Shown in pieces: positions 9,315 to 19,251 of a DNA stretch of 64,000 bases. The DNA is taken from positions 1,829 to 65,828 of the IMG/VR virus record IMGVR_UViG_3300007770_000580; one strand, 5' to 3'. A program made the position numbers and the translations under genes. Numbering within the stretch: the first letter of the stretch is position 1; the number at the start of each line of letters is the position of its first letter. Below the pieces are notes generated by a model. It had not been told where the DNA came from. It made no database searches and saw nothing but the letters and a program-made list of their open reading frames with translations. Source of the DNA: a virus. Taxonomy: Duplodnaviria; Caudoviricetes.

Positions 9315-11851
9315 TATGCCCACCCAAGGCTGACAGCCTGAATTCGTGTTTCTTTTGATGCGCTTTGGTTTAGTGTTTCGATCTTGTAGCGCAAGGAAGT
9401 ACCAGAAGGTTGAGAAGAAATATCTACGTTATGGGCAGTCAGAATGGTATGACCACCAGTTGTGCCTTCGCTTGATAAGGTAGCCTGAGTCCATGTGGTT
9501 CCGTCATCCCTAGAGACATAGGCTTTTAGATCGGTGTTTACCGTGGCAGTACCCGCACCGTTGGTGTAGGTCATTACCAGATCGCCGGTTGTGGGAGTTG
9601 CTTCGGCGGTTGTTGCGTTTGAGACTAGGGTTAAATTTCCAGCACTTGAAACTGAAGTTGGGTATCTCACAATTACAATCCCAGACCCACCATGTCCACC
9701 ACGATTCATTCCGCCGCCTCCGTCATCAGCGCCGCCACCACCGCCACCGGTATTGGCTGAACCTGCTCCGCCAGGACCACCATTAGCAACTCCTGTACCA
9801 CCACCACCCTGACCCCCAGCTCCTGCTGTTCCACCAGAGCCGCCACCGGCATAGTAGTTACCAGTTCCATTAACTTTAAAAGTTACTGTAGAACCATCGT
9901 TCTGAGTCCAATCATATACAGTTGAAGTACCTTCTTGATATCCATCACCTCCCGCTCCACCTCCGTCAGTGCCTCCAGCCTCAGCCGCACCACCGCCACC
10001 TTTTGAATCACCATCATTACCTTGATTTGGGGTGTAAGTTGATGTTCCGCCGCCCCCAGAGCCGTAGGTCCCACTACTACCACCATTACCCTTTTGTCCC
10101 CCATAAGCAACAAGACTGCCGCTAAAAGATGAATTATCACCATGATCGTCAACTGGACTTGATCCACCGCCAGAAGCAGTACCACCATCACCCACCACAA
10201 CAGCATGAGTAGCGGCTGTTACCGCCTTTGCGGAATAGTAAGTAAAACCACCAGCTCCGCCACCATATCCACCACTAGTGCTACCAATAAATGCTCCTGT
10301 TCCTCCACCACCAACTACAAGAATATCAGCATCTAATGCTGTATCCGTGACAAAGTTACCATCGTTTGTAAATGTTCTTACACTATAGTTAGTGCTATCA
10401 ACGGTATAAGTTGTTAGAGTTCCGCCAGATGTTGATGGGGTTACAGTCGCTTGGCCATGATAATACTTACCAGAAGCATCTCTTTGTTCGTTTGTAGAAC
10501 CACTTGCATCAATACCAGTAGCATCCTGAAAGTCATCAATCGTCTGGTCTATAAGATCGTATTTTCCCAACGAACCATTAGCCGCAACCTTGAATCCAAG
10601 GATGGCGATGTCATCTTCAAGGCCCGCGGTATCAACAACATTACTCATTGATAACCATTCTGATCCATTCCAATTCTTTATCTGGTTATTTGCACTGTCG
10701 TACCAAATATCACCCGCCACTGGAGTTGGTGATGTTGGCGCGGTTGCAGAACTTGTGTAGTAAGGGACATTAGCAACCTTGCTCTGAGCAATCGCCGCCG
10801 AAGCGTTGATGTCAGCATTAACAATTGCACCATCTACAATTTTTGCACTCGTTACAGTATTATCGGCAGGTGTATTAACTGTAACACCACCGCCTACATC
10901 TACAATCCAAATTGTTGCGCCGGTTGCTGGCGCGGCTGAAAATGTTATTGTGCTACCACTTACTGTAAATGCTTTACCAGCGCCTGGTTCTTGCATTACA
11001 CCAGCAATACTTACTAACAAACAATTTGCATGACTCGGTGTATAGTTTGAACCACCTTGTTGTAAAGTAAAAGCAGTTGTTGATCCGTTTGGTGTTAAAG
11101 CATCTAACTTGGCCGCGTTTGTTGCTGTACTTGACAGCAAGTCCCATGCTTTAACAACAGCACCATTTGCGGGTGCTTCACTAAATGTTAAAGTTGTACC
11201 ACTGCGAGACCATGCACCTGCATCTTGTAAAACACTATCTACAAATACTAATAAATTATCATCACTGCTAGGTGTTGCTTCTAATGTTAATGTTGTATCT
11301 GAACCATCGCCGGTCATCTCTGAAAGTGTAACTGTTGTAGTTGCACTGTCTGCATCATTGATCCAAGCACTACCATTATATTTTAATACTTGCCCACTTG
11401 AAGGACTTGAAATTGTTGTGTCTGTTAAAGCTGCTACAGTTGATGTAAGGGTAACTGCTTCATTAATCCATGCACTACCATTATATCGTAAAAATTCATC
11501 ATCTGCTGGACTTGAAATTGTTGTGTCTGTTAATGCGGCCAATGTAGTAGTGGTTGATATTCCACTTAGGTTACTGCCATCGCCGTGATATTCGTTTGCT
11601 CTTATATTTGCATAACTAGTAATTGTTACGTTACCACTTGTTGTGCCAATTTCACTTGTATTAATAAAGGCAAATTGATCAGCACTTTCATCCCATATCA
11701 AGCCAACGTTTGTATCACTGCCACGTTCAAATACAAAGCCGACGTCTTTATCGTTTGTTCCAGATTGCCCGCTGTTAATTCTTATAAGTGGATCTGTTAC
11801 ATTATGGATGTCAAAGTTAATTTGCCCTGCTCTTGGTTTAGTTAATCCCAT
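9314..11851 (-). CDS. Long multi-module glycine-rich tail-fibre protein, paralog 2
   Basis: LAALTDTTISSP..LxYNGSAWIN repeats; TLTFSEAP modules; Gly-rich domain; shared C-terminal domain. Confidence 0.8.
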   Translation of the reverse strand: MGLTKPRAGQINFDIHNVTDPLIRINSGQSGTNDKDVGFVFERGSDTNVGLIWDESADQFAFINTSEIGTTSGNVTITSYANIRANEYHGDGSNLSGISTTTTLAALTDTTISSPADDEFLRYNGSAWINEAVTLTSTVAALTDTTISSPSSGQVLKYNGSAWINDADSATTTVTLSEMTGDGSDTTLTLEATPSSDDNLLVFVDSVLQDAGAWSRSGTTLTFSEAPANGAVVKAWDLLSSTATNAAKLDALTPNGSTTAFTLQQGGSNYTPSHANCLLVSIAGVMQEPGAGKAFTVSGSTITFSAAPATGATIWIVDVGGGVTVNTPADNTVTSAKIVDGAIVNADINASAAIAQSKVANVPYYTSSATAPTSPTPVAGDIWYDSANNQIKNWNGSEWLSMSNVVDTAGLEDDIAILGFKVAANGSLGKYDLIDQTIDDFQDATGIDASGSTNEQRDASGKYYHGQATVTPSTSGGTLTTYTVDSTNYSVRTFTNDGNFVTDTALDADILVVGGGGTGAFIGSTSGGYGGGAGGFTYYSAKAVTAATHAVVVGDGGTASGGGSSPVDDHGDNSSFSGSLVAYGGQKGNGGSSGTYGSGGGGTSTYTPNQGNDGDSKGGGGAAEAGGTDGGGAGGDGYQEGTSTVYDWTQNDGSTVTFKVNGTGNYYAGGGSGGTAGAGGQGGGGTGVANGGPGGAGSANTGGGGGGADDGGGGMNRGGHGGSGIVIVRYPTSVSSAGNLTLVSNATTAEATPTTGDLVMTYTNGAGTATVNTDLKAYVSRDDGTTWTQATLSSEGTTGGHTILTAHNVDISSQPSGTSLRYKIETLNQSASKETRIQAVSLGWA

Positions 11852-11889
11852 GATAATTCCTTTTTAATCTAACTATATAATATATCAAT

Positions 11890-12315
11890 TTATATCCCTG
11901 ATGCTCGTTCTACTACGACTGCTTCGCGTTTTTCCATGCCGCGGGTCCAGGCGGCCGCACCTAGAATAGCACCAAACGCAATATGGAATAATCCACCACC
12001 TTGTAGTGTTAATGAGCTCCATTGCCCTTTTGCATACATGATTGCTAGTGCTTCGGATTGTTGCTCGGTAGGCATTTGTAATACATAGCGGAATATCTCA
12101 ACCAAGTCATGTGGCTGTGCTTGTATTAAGTAGGGTGCTACAATGAAGTCAAAGATACATATTGACAAATATGTAACTGCGGATAATGGTCTCCACATAC
12201 TGCGAAGCCATCTAGAGATGGGTCCGTTTGAATCGCTGGAATTTGTATTAACAGGTGTTACTGTTATATGGTCAATTTGTTCCGATTCAATCGCCGTTGT
12301 TCTTGATCTTGCCAT
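11890..12315 (-). CDS. Holin-like membrane protein (3TM holin-like)
   Basis: WRP motif, TM helix, LTLQGGGLFHIAFGAILG..AWTRG.EK; close to the spanin-like pair. Confidence 0.6.
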   Translation of the reverse strand: MARSRTTAIESEQIDHITVTPVNTNSSDSNGPISRWLRSMWRPLSAVTYLSICIFDFIVAPYLIQAQPHDLVEIFRYVLQMPTEQQSEALAIMYAKGQWSSLTLQGGGLFHIAFGAILGAAAWTRGMEKREAVVVERASGI

Positions 12316-12919
12316 AACTTACCTTGAATGTCATATCAAATGTAGTGTACTTTTCTTGTACATCTACATTACTAATCGTAATATTGGAGTCTGCTCTTGT
12401 TATTACTTTATTGACACTCTCGGAGTGATTGACTAGACCTTTAAATATAAAACTACGATGATCTAAATTTTCTTCTTCTAAAACGCCAATTAATAAACTA
12501 TCAGCGTTACATGTATTTATTAATTCTCCAGTAGAAAACTTTTCTACGTCTTTATCAGGAAATATAGGATAACAATTAATAAATTTTGTATGCCCTATAT
12601 AATATTCTTGTATATACTTGCCTGTATATTCTTCACTTTCGGCGTATTTACTAAATTTTGCAACATCACACCGACAACCCATAGTTACTGTTGGGTAATT
12701 TGGATTAGTGGTAGTAAAGCATAAACCAATTTTTTCCCATGGCTCGTCGGAATCGACGTTCATAAGATGTTGGTAAGGCATGTCAAAACAATGCCATGAG
12801 ATAGGATGAGCAAGTTGTTGGAAAAAACACAAATCATACTCTTTAAAGTTAATTGTGCGTATAAAGTCGTCCATGTCCTGCCAAAGATGGCTAGACGTTA
12901 GTATTCGAAGAGTCTCCAT
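12287..12919 (-). CDS. Hypothetical protein
   Basis: 210-aa ORF within the operon. Confidence 0.6.
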   Translation of the reverse strand: METLRILTSSHLWQDMDDFIRTINFKEYDLCFFQQLAHPISWHCFDMPYQHLMNVDSDEPWEKIGLCFTTTNPNYPTVTMGCRCDVAKFSKYAESEEYTGKYIQEYYIGHTKFINCYPIFPDKDVEKFSTGELINTCNADSLLIGVLEEENLDHRSFIFKGLVNHSESVNKVITRADSNITISNVDVQEKYTTFDMTFKVSYGKIKNNGD

Positions 12920-13082
12920 TATCAGCGTCCTTTAATGCTTCGACATCAGTTTTTTTAGCAATATGAGTTAATAGTTTATCTAATTTATGCTGAAACCAAA
13001 TACCCATTTTGGTATCTTTAAACCACATCCAAAATGATGATGCTATGATATTTAGAACTATTACTTTGATTAATACCCACAT
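12891..13082 (-). CDS. Small membrane protein
   Basis: N-terminal hydrophobic helix; TAAATA 4 nt upstream of the ATG. Confidence 0.6.
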   Translation of the reverse strand: MWVLIKVIVLNIIASSFWMWFKDTKMGIWFQHKLDKLLTHIAKKTDVEALKDADNGDSSNTNV

Positions 13083-13100
13083 ATTGTATTTATGCTATTA

Positions 13101-13502
13101 TTAATCGGAACGCTTGATTGTTTTGTTATTGTGATCTTCTATTTTTTGGGATTGCTGTTTGTAGTATTTTTCATAAGCAATAATGATTGCTTGCTGTTGT
13201 TGAACCAACTTACGAATAGCGGCAATATTCTCACTTAAATTAATATATCCTTGGTCTGTTAGACCAAAAATAGCACCATCGACATTATTTTTTTGTAGTT
13301 TATAAAAAACATCTTCATAGTTTTCTACAGTAATAATAGTCCATTCAACTTCTTTTGTGTCGATTGAATCAACATCCGGCAAAGTCAATGGAACTCGTTC
13401 AATAGGTGTTACTACAATCAATGGTTTTTTAGGGGTTAAACATCCTGTTAAGGATAATGGTAATATTGTCGCAATTGCTAATAATTTAATATGTTCTAAC
13501 AT
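13101..13502 (-). CDS. o-spanin-like lipoprotein
   Basis: Lipobox LSLTG-C, Pro-rich segment, C-terminal coiled coil. Confidence 0.65.
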   Translation of the reverse strand: MLEHIKLLAIATILPLSLTGCLTPKKPLIVVTPIERVPLTLPDVDSIDTKEVEWTIITVENYEDVFYKLQKNNVDGAIFGLTDQGYINLSENIAAIRKLVQQQQAIIIAYEKYYKQQSQKIEDHNNKTIKRSD

Positions 13503-13990
13503 TAGTCTTCCTTAGGACGGTAATTAGGGTTTGCTATAGATGGACACTCTGAATTAATTTGACTTGGCTTTGTCGCGTTGATTTCTTTAACTGTAAGAGG
13601 ACTTCCACTTAGAATTTCAAAACAACGCAAAACATTTTTTGAAGCATTTGTGATTACCCTACCAATTGGTCCAGGTTTATTTTCAGCAAGTTTTCCAATA
13701 TCGCGAGTGCCGAAATGCTTAGATACTTTATTAAATTTCTTTATTAGATTATCATAATCATCTTGTGCGTCGTCAAACTTACTATTAAGATCAGTTATTA
13801 CTTCATTCATTAAAATGCGATCTTCTTCTGCTTGTTTTAATGCTGTTTCTTGTAGAGCGATTTGAGTTTCTTTAATAGCCATTTCTGCTATTAATCGTGC
13901 TTTTTGCTCTTCATTGTTTTTATAATATAGATACCCGCCGCCTAATGCTACGGCAAGAACGCCTATCATAATTGAGTTTAATCCTAACAT
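13502..13990 (-). CDS. i-spanin-like protein
   Basis: N-terminal TM helix and long coiled coil; coupled to the lipoprotein gene. Confidence 0.65.
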   Translation of the reverse strand: MLGLNSIMIGVLAVALGGGYLYYKNNEEQKARLIAEMAIKETQIALQETALKQAEEDRILMNEVITDLNSKFDDAQDDYDNLIKKFNKVSKHFGTRDIGKLAENKPGPIGRVITNASKNVLRCFEILSGSPLTVKEINATKPSQINSECPSIANPNYRPKED

Positions 13991-14001
13991 ATAATTATTT
14001 A

Positions 14002-14493
14002 TTATTTGAATGGAATATGAGCGTTAATTTTGAGTTGTTCAAGTTGCTGAAGAATATTTTTTTGCTTTTCAATAAAACTATCATATTCTTCTGGAGATAA
14101 GGGTAGTTTATCTGCAAGATCTTGAAAACTAAGTGTTTTTTCGCTTTTGTATAGTTTAAACTGCCAGTTTTCAATGCCTGTTAGTTTTTCTATACCTTCT
14201 AATACCTCTGCAATCATGTTAGGAAAGGCGGGATTACGTTCGGATTCTACAAATACTACAAAATCACCGTCGATGTTTTCGCTTGAAACATTGTCTGCGT
14301 CGATAATTTCCGTATATCCTTTTTCTAAAAATGCAACTAAGTCATTTGCCGCGCCATCACTTTTAACATAAAAAGCCATAACAATAATATCTCTATCATC
14401 GCCTACTTTACTTTTATGTTTGTCAATACGGATAATAGAATTTACTAGGCCTTCTAAGTCTAGTGCTCCTAAGTCTTCATTTAATTGGATCAT
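14002..14493 (-). CDS. Conserved hypothetical phage protein
   Basis: IDKHKSKVGDD...DLVAFLEKGY...VFVE.ER. Confidence 0.65.
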   Translation of the reverse strand: MIQLNEDLGALDLEGLVNSIIRIDKHKSKVGDDRDIIVMAFYVKSDGAANDLVAFLEKGYTEIIDADNVSSENIDGDFVVFVESERNPAFPNMIAEVLEGIEKLTGIENWQFKLYKSEKTLSFQDLADKLPLSPEEYDSFIEKQKNILQQLEQLKINAHIPFK

Positions 14494-15038
14494 TATACTA
14501 GTTCTTCTTCCATTTCTGGAGCGACGGCCGCTTGATCAAGATTTTGCATTTCTGCGTCTTCTACGTCTTGTAGATCAACAGTTTCGCCAGCATATTCAAC
14601 TGAGCCACGCTCGATATCTGTCATTAGTTCTCTTGGCATCTTAATTGAAATAATCCAAATTGAAATATCAAGTGTTTTAATCTTTTCGTGGCTTGGTTCG
14701 TCGTTTAGTGGCTCATGCTTAGGATAAGATTGTAGATTTTTAATTGGCCGTGTTAGTTTTGATTTCTCAAAAGTAACTGTAATGCCATAGTCTAATAAGC
14801 GTTTTGCTCCTAGTGGGTTTGGCATCATTTTCTCTGGCCACATGAATGAACATTCTACAAAATGCCTACCATGAAGTGGACCTTCAACTAACTCACCCTT
14901 CTTCCAGTTTTCAAACACGTATAGATCAAGATTATCTAAAACACGTTCAAAGTCTAGTAGGTTTTCTAATGCATTGCTACTCATATAAATGTTCTTAGTA
15001 TTATCTAAAACATCGTAGAGTTTAATTCTGTTTGCCAT
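14493..15038 (-). CDS. Conserved hypothetical phage protein (probable start MANRIK)
   Basis: LLDFERVLD.LDLYVF.NW..GELVEGP motif; TATAAATA 5 nt before the ATG at 15038. Confidence 0.7.
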   Translation of the reverse strand: MANRIKLYDVLDNTKNIYMSSNALENLLDFERVLDNLDLYVFENWKKGELVEGPLHGRHFVECSFMWPEKMMPNPLGAKRLLDYGITVTFEKSKLTRPIKNLQSYPKHEPLNDEPSHEKIKTLDISIWIISIKMPRELMTDIERGSVEYAGETVDLQDVEDAEMQNLDQAAVAPEMEEELV

Positions 15039-15076
15039 ATAGTTATTTATACTAATTAAAGTATCTGCGGTAGTCT

Positions 15077-15829
15077 CTAAGGCCACATAAAAATATTATT
15101 AGCGTTTCCTGATTCTATAATTTCCCTGGTGCGATCTGTTTTTAAACCTGTTAATAATAGTGTAGTTCTAAGCGTATTAGAAGCATTTGCTGTTGCGTGA
15201 GGAACATTAGCCCAATCAAATGTATGACAGTCACCTGCTTTCCAGTTTGTATACGTATACGTTCCGTACTGATAAAACTGACCAGGTTCCCAGTCAGTAA
15301 GAAATATTGCTATTCTACAGATTTGTTCTGGATCCGATGGCTTCCAATCCCATAGTTTATCAATATGCCTGTTAAACATTTGCCCAGTGTGTTGTACGTG
15401 GCTGCGATATTTTTTCCTTAATCCTTCTGATAGGTCAGTGGATTCAGTCAATGCAAAGTAATCACACATAGATTTAAGCACTGGTAAGTTTGAAAAGTCG
15501 TCAAGCATATTAGATAGTTCTAATTTGGGATCGCCGTGGCCTTGAAGAATATCATATTCTTCTTGCTCAAGCATCGGAGACACATCATCATAATCGCCAA
15601 AATACTTTCTAGTTTCCCAACTAATTGCCTTGCTCTCATTAATAATTGTTTGCATTTCTTGGCGCCAAGATTCTGGATTTGGAAATCTTCCTAAGATCTT
15701 AAACCACTCACCTTCTTTATCTTGTCTTTCATTAATGAAATGATATTCGCTGTTTGAAACCGTCCAATCCCAACTGCTTTTATATAAAGCAGGATCTGTT
15801 AATTTTTTATTCCAATTTGTAGTGTGCAT
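15077..15829 (-). CDS. Cupin/2OG-Fe(II) oxygenase-like protein
   Basis: HxD (HID), WEPGQF, WKAGD and distal His (VPHATAN). Confidence 0.6.
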   Translation of the reverse strand: MHTTNWNKKLTDPALYKSSWDWTVSNSEYHFINERQDKEGEWFKILGRFPNPESWRQEMQTIINESKAISWETRKYFGDYDDVSPMLEQEEYDILQGHGDPKLELSNMLDDFSNLPVLKSMCDYFALTESTDLSEGLRKKYRSHVQHTGQMFNRHIDKLWDWKPSDPEQICRIAIFLTDWEPGQFYQYGTYTYTNWKAGDCHTFDWANVPHATANASNTLRTTLLLTGLKTDRTREIIESGNANNIFMWP

Positions 15830-17337
15830 TATGTATAATCAAGTCCTTTGTCTTTTCTTACTATACTATTTACTAAAATACCAATACTAATTACAATGCA
15901 AATAAGAAAAATAGGATGATTGTATATATTAAACAGTTCAAGCCATCTAAAATCTGCCATTGAACTGAGTCCAGGCTTCCATTGCTTATATCCATATAGT
16001 TGCAATGTGCCCCAAAAATACTCATCAATCTTAAATGCTACAACATATGCGACAAGAATAGCCGGCCTACTTATGTTAAACATTTTACACACAACACCGA
16101 TCGCGCTTAGAATGGCTAATAGTGCCAAATCTTCCCAACCACCTGTGTATTGCATATTAGCGTAGACAATTACTCCTAGAATAAATGTTGCGTAAATCCA
16201 AAAAGGAACTTCTAAGAGTTTTAGAATATACTTGTATAAGAATATACTTAATAATGCTACACCCACTGTTCCAAATATATAACCAAATGCTAAACTGTTT
16301 GTAAACTGTAGATCGTCTAGTAGACTAGGCGTGCCAATTTCCATACCAAAATACATACAAATTGCCATAACCATAGCCGCAAATGGCGCGGCTGGTATTC
16401 CAAATAAACACGCAGGTATCATACTAGATACTTTTTGTGCGTTATTTGCTCCTTCACAGCCTAACAATCCAACAGGATTGCCTTCACCAAAAGGAACTTC
16501 TTGCTTATCTTCTTTGTGTGCCGCTTTTGTGGCGCCGTATGCTAAGAAGTCGCCTACTGCTCCTCCTACGCCTGGTAATAAACCAGTAACAAACCCGATT
16601 AAGCCACCGCGTATCATATCTTTCCAATTTTTTCTAACGTCACCAAAGCCTTGCCTTAGGCCTTTCCAGTAATTACCTTCAAGTGGTGGCGCCGCTGATT
16701 TTAATTGCCTTCTAAATCCGTCTAATAATTCTGGAACTCCAAACAATCCTGAAAGCAACACAACCATTCCAATTCCATTTTGTAAGTATTCCCAACCGAA
16801 AGTTAATCTTGGATTACTTACGACATCTTCTCCTACCATACCCACTGCTAGTCCAAATATAATAGCACAAGTGCTTAGGAAGATACTCTTGCTGGCTACA
16901 AAACCTACGCAGGCTAATGCCATTGTCATAAACCCTAAAAACTCCGGGCGTCCAAATAATACTATAATTTTTCCATAGTATGGAAGTAAAAAGAAAGTTA
17001 ATGCCGCAAATACGACACCATTAAATGTTGAATCAGCAATAGCAATTCCCATTGCTCTCGCCGCCTGGCCCTTCTTTGCCATTGGGTAGCCGTCAATAAT
17101 ACAGGCCGCTGTTGTACTTGCGCCAGGTATACCAGTAAGAATACTAGTATAACTATCAGCACTGGCGCAACTTGCTACAATAGCAGTTAAAAAGACCAAT
17201 CCCAAGTAGGGGTCAGTCATGAAGTATGCGCCCATACTAAAGACAGTTATCAAGGCGGTAGTAACACCTGCTATAGGAATAATTCCTACTAACATTCCAT
17301 AAGCGGTGCCAACTAACGCCCAGATAACATAATCCAT
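15829..17337 (-). CDS. tctA: Tripartite tricarboxylate transporter large permease TctA
   Basis: GIPG..TTAAC..DGYPMAKKG.A.RA, GLLPGVGG and EGANNA motifs; many TM helices. Confidence 0.88.
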   Translation of the reverse strand: MDYVIWALVGTAYGMLVGIIPIAGVTTALITVFSMGAYFMTDPYLGLVFLTAIVASCASADSYTSILTGIPGASTTAACIIDGYPMAKKGQAARAMGIAIADSTFNGVVFAALTFFLLPYYGKIIVLFGRPEFLGFMTMALACVGFVASKSIFLSTCAIIFGLAVGMVGEDVVSNPRLTFGWEYLQNGIGMVVLLSGLFGVPELLDGFRRQLKSAAPPLEGNYWKGLRQGFGDVRKNWKDMIRGGLIGFVTGLLPGVGGAVGDFLAYGATKAAHKEDKQEVPFGEGNPVGLLGCEGANNAQKVSSMIPACLFGIPAAPFAAMVMAICMYFGMEIGTPSLLDDLQFTNSLAFGYIFGTVGVALLSIFLYKYILKLLEVPFWIYATFILGVIVYANMQYTGGWEDLALLAILSAIGVVCKMFNISRPAILVAYVVAFKIDEYFWGTLQLYGYKQWKPGLSSMADFRWLELFNIYNHPIFLICIVISIGILVNSIVRKDKGLDYT

Positions 17338-17341
17338 AATT

Positions 17342-18394
17342 TTAGTCTAAAAGTTCAGGCTTATAAACTGATGGAAAACCATATGCTTCTTGGTTCCATC
17401 TAACTGCGTCCCTAAGGGCTTTCTCTGTAATTAAAGATTTTAGTGCCGCCAATAATGATGGACCATCTTGAATCCATGGATATACTCCTGTCTTTGCGTA
17501 AATCTCTGCTGATGCAACTGGATCATTAATCATCTCAGTTACGGCCGCTTTAACTTTTGCCGCATTTGGATTACCTTTGTTCATCCAAAGTGATTTTTGT
17601 ATTGCATCACGCCAGTTACGAGTAAGTTTATATGCGTTATATAAATCGCCTGAAGGTCTTTCGCCCCATAGTGACTCATAAACATCTTCAAACTGTGTGT
17701 TAGGAAAGTTTGGATCTGCAATTTGTACATTGTTTTCTAGATCTAGAATACCGTGTGTAAACCAAAGTTCGTTGCCAGCGATGCCTTCGTAAAAGCGTTT
17801 CCAAGCCGCTGGTGATTCACGGGCAACATCAAATTCTCCGTTTTTAAATCCTAGGCGCTTTTCACCGCCTGATACACCGTTAACCCAAATAACACGCTCT
17901 CTCCAACATGCCAAGTATTCATCGACAGTATTGTCGCCTTGTGGTCCACATAGTAACATTGCAACTGCCGTCGCATCTGGTTCAAAACCTGATCCACCAG
18001 CAACCGTCCATGTGCCTTCTTTTTCTTGGGCACCTTCATGCTTACCAAGAACAATATCATTGTTCATTGAACCAATTAATTCATAGTCAAAGTAGTTGTA
18101 ATCGACCTTGTCTAGCAAGTATGATACACCATTACCACCGTGAGCAACCATAATTGTTTTGTCATCAAAACGTAGGCTGTTGTGGAATTTATTAAAGCCA
18201 GGAATATCTCTTGCACCTGGAATATGGCGTACTACTACTGGTTCACCAATGAACTTCTCTAGGTTTTTTGCAATAATTTCGCTCCATACCGAAGTACCCT
18301 TACCAGGCGCTTGGGGAACAATTAAAGTATAATCAGCTAATGCTGGTAGTGCGATGCCTACTGAAAGCATAAGTGAAAGAATTAAACGTTTCAT
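17342..18394 (-). CDS. tctC: TctC-like periplasmic substrate-binding protein
   Basis: Signal peptide; LIVPQAPGKGTSVW...LEKFIGEPVVV..IPGA; adjacent to tctA. Confidence 0.7.
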   Translation of the reverse strand: MKRLILSLMLSVGIALPALADYTLIVPQAPGKGTSVWSEIIAKNLEKFIGEPVVVRHIPGARDIPGFNKFHNSLRFDDKTIMVAHGGNGVSYLLDKVDYNYFDYELIGSMNNDIVLGKHEGAQEKEGTWTVAGGSGFEPDATAVAMLLCGPQGDNTVDEYLACWRERVIWVNGVSGGEKRLGFKNGEFDVARESPAAWKRFYEGIAGNELWFTHGILDLENNVQIADPNFPNTQFEDVYESLWGERPSGDLYNAYKLTRNWRDAIQKSLWMNKGNPNAAKVKAAVTEMINDPVASAEIYAKTGVYPWIQDGPSLLAALKSLITEKALRDAVRWNQEAYGFPSVYKPELLD

Positions 18395-18431
18395 GTAATT
18401 TCTCCTTGTTGAATAATGTTGTTTAATGTTT

Positions 18432-18460
18432 TTACTCGTGACGAGTTACTCGTGACGAGT
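18432..18460. repeat. Two tandem copies of the palindrome ACTCGT-G-ACGAGT (14-bp period), operator-like
   Basis: ttactcgtgacgag x2, read directly, upstream of tctC. Confidence 0.7.
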
Positions 18461-18545
18461 GTTGCGGGATAACTCTAATGAACTTCTTGCGGAGCGTTAT
18501 TAAAGTTAGTAAATTTATTTATTAATTAGCGCAGTTCTACTATAA

Positions 18546-19208
18546 TTATTTTGACCACCATTCAGTTCCGGGCTTTGCGTGTTCTTGTATCTTAGCACGG
18601 GCTATTCTATCTAACTCTGTCTCTTCAACAGGGGAGACGTACTTAGCATTGGCATTGGCTTTTAAAATTTCATTAATCGATGGGTGGTCGTATGCAATAG
18701 GAAAATCTAGTATCTTATTAAGATATTTTAAATATTGATGTTCATATAGGCATAACATTTCATAACTAATATAGTCTATATTTAGATTTCCTAGTTGTTG
18801 TTCGATTGCTTCGAGCATATGCGTATAGGTTACTCGACCGCGTAATCTTTTTTGTTGGGCTTCTAATATGTTTTTATCTCGGCCAATAATTGCCACTTGA
18901 ACTGACCATCCGTTTTTAGTTGCCCCATTAATAAATTCTTTAAACGGAGGTATTGTTGTTACTCCATTTTGAATATAAGGAACAGAAATACTGACGCAAG
19001 CATATTTGTAATTTCTAAAGTCCGCAGTGTCCCATTCAGATGGATTATTCCAGAACTTATTAAAAGGTTCTAAATCGTGTGCTACCCAATAAGTCTCATT
19101 AAGTTCCTTCCAACCAAAGACTTCCGGATGCAACTCAAATACTTTGCTGTACATGTGGTTTCCGGACCCTTGTGGTCCAACTAATAGCAATAACTTTTTA
19201 TTATTCAT
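18546..19208 (-). CDS. P-loop/sulfotransferase-like protein
   Basis: LLLVGPQGSGNH N-terminal loop; ISYEML. Confidence 0.5.
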   Translation of the reverse strand: MNNKKLLLLVGPQGSGNHMYSKVFELHPEVFGWKELNETYWVAHDLEPFNKFWNNPSEWDTADFRNYKYACVSISVPYIQNGVTTIPPFKEFINGATKNGWSVQVAIIGRDKNILEAQQKRLRGRVTYTHMLEAIEQQLGNLNIDYISYEMLCLYEHQYLKYLNKILDFPIAYDHPSINEILKANANAKYVSPVEETELDRIARAKIQEHAKPGTEWWSK

Positions 19209-19251
19209 GGAGCGTTATTAGCGGGGGGATTATGAAAGTATTTATATTTTT

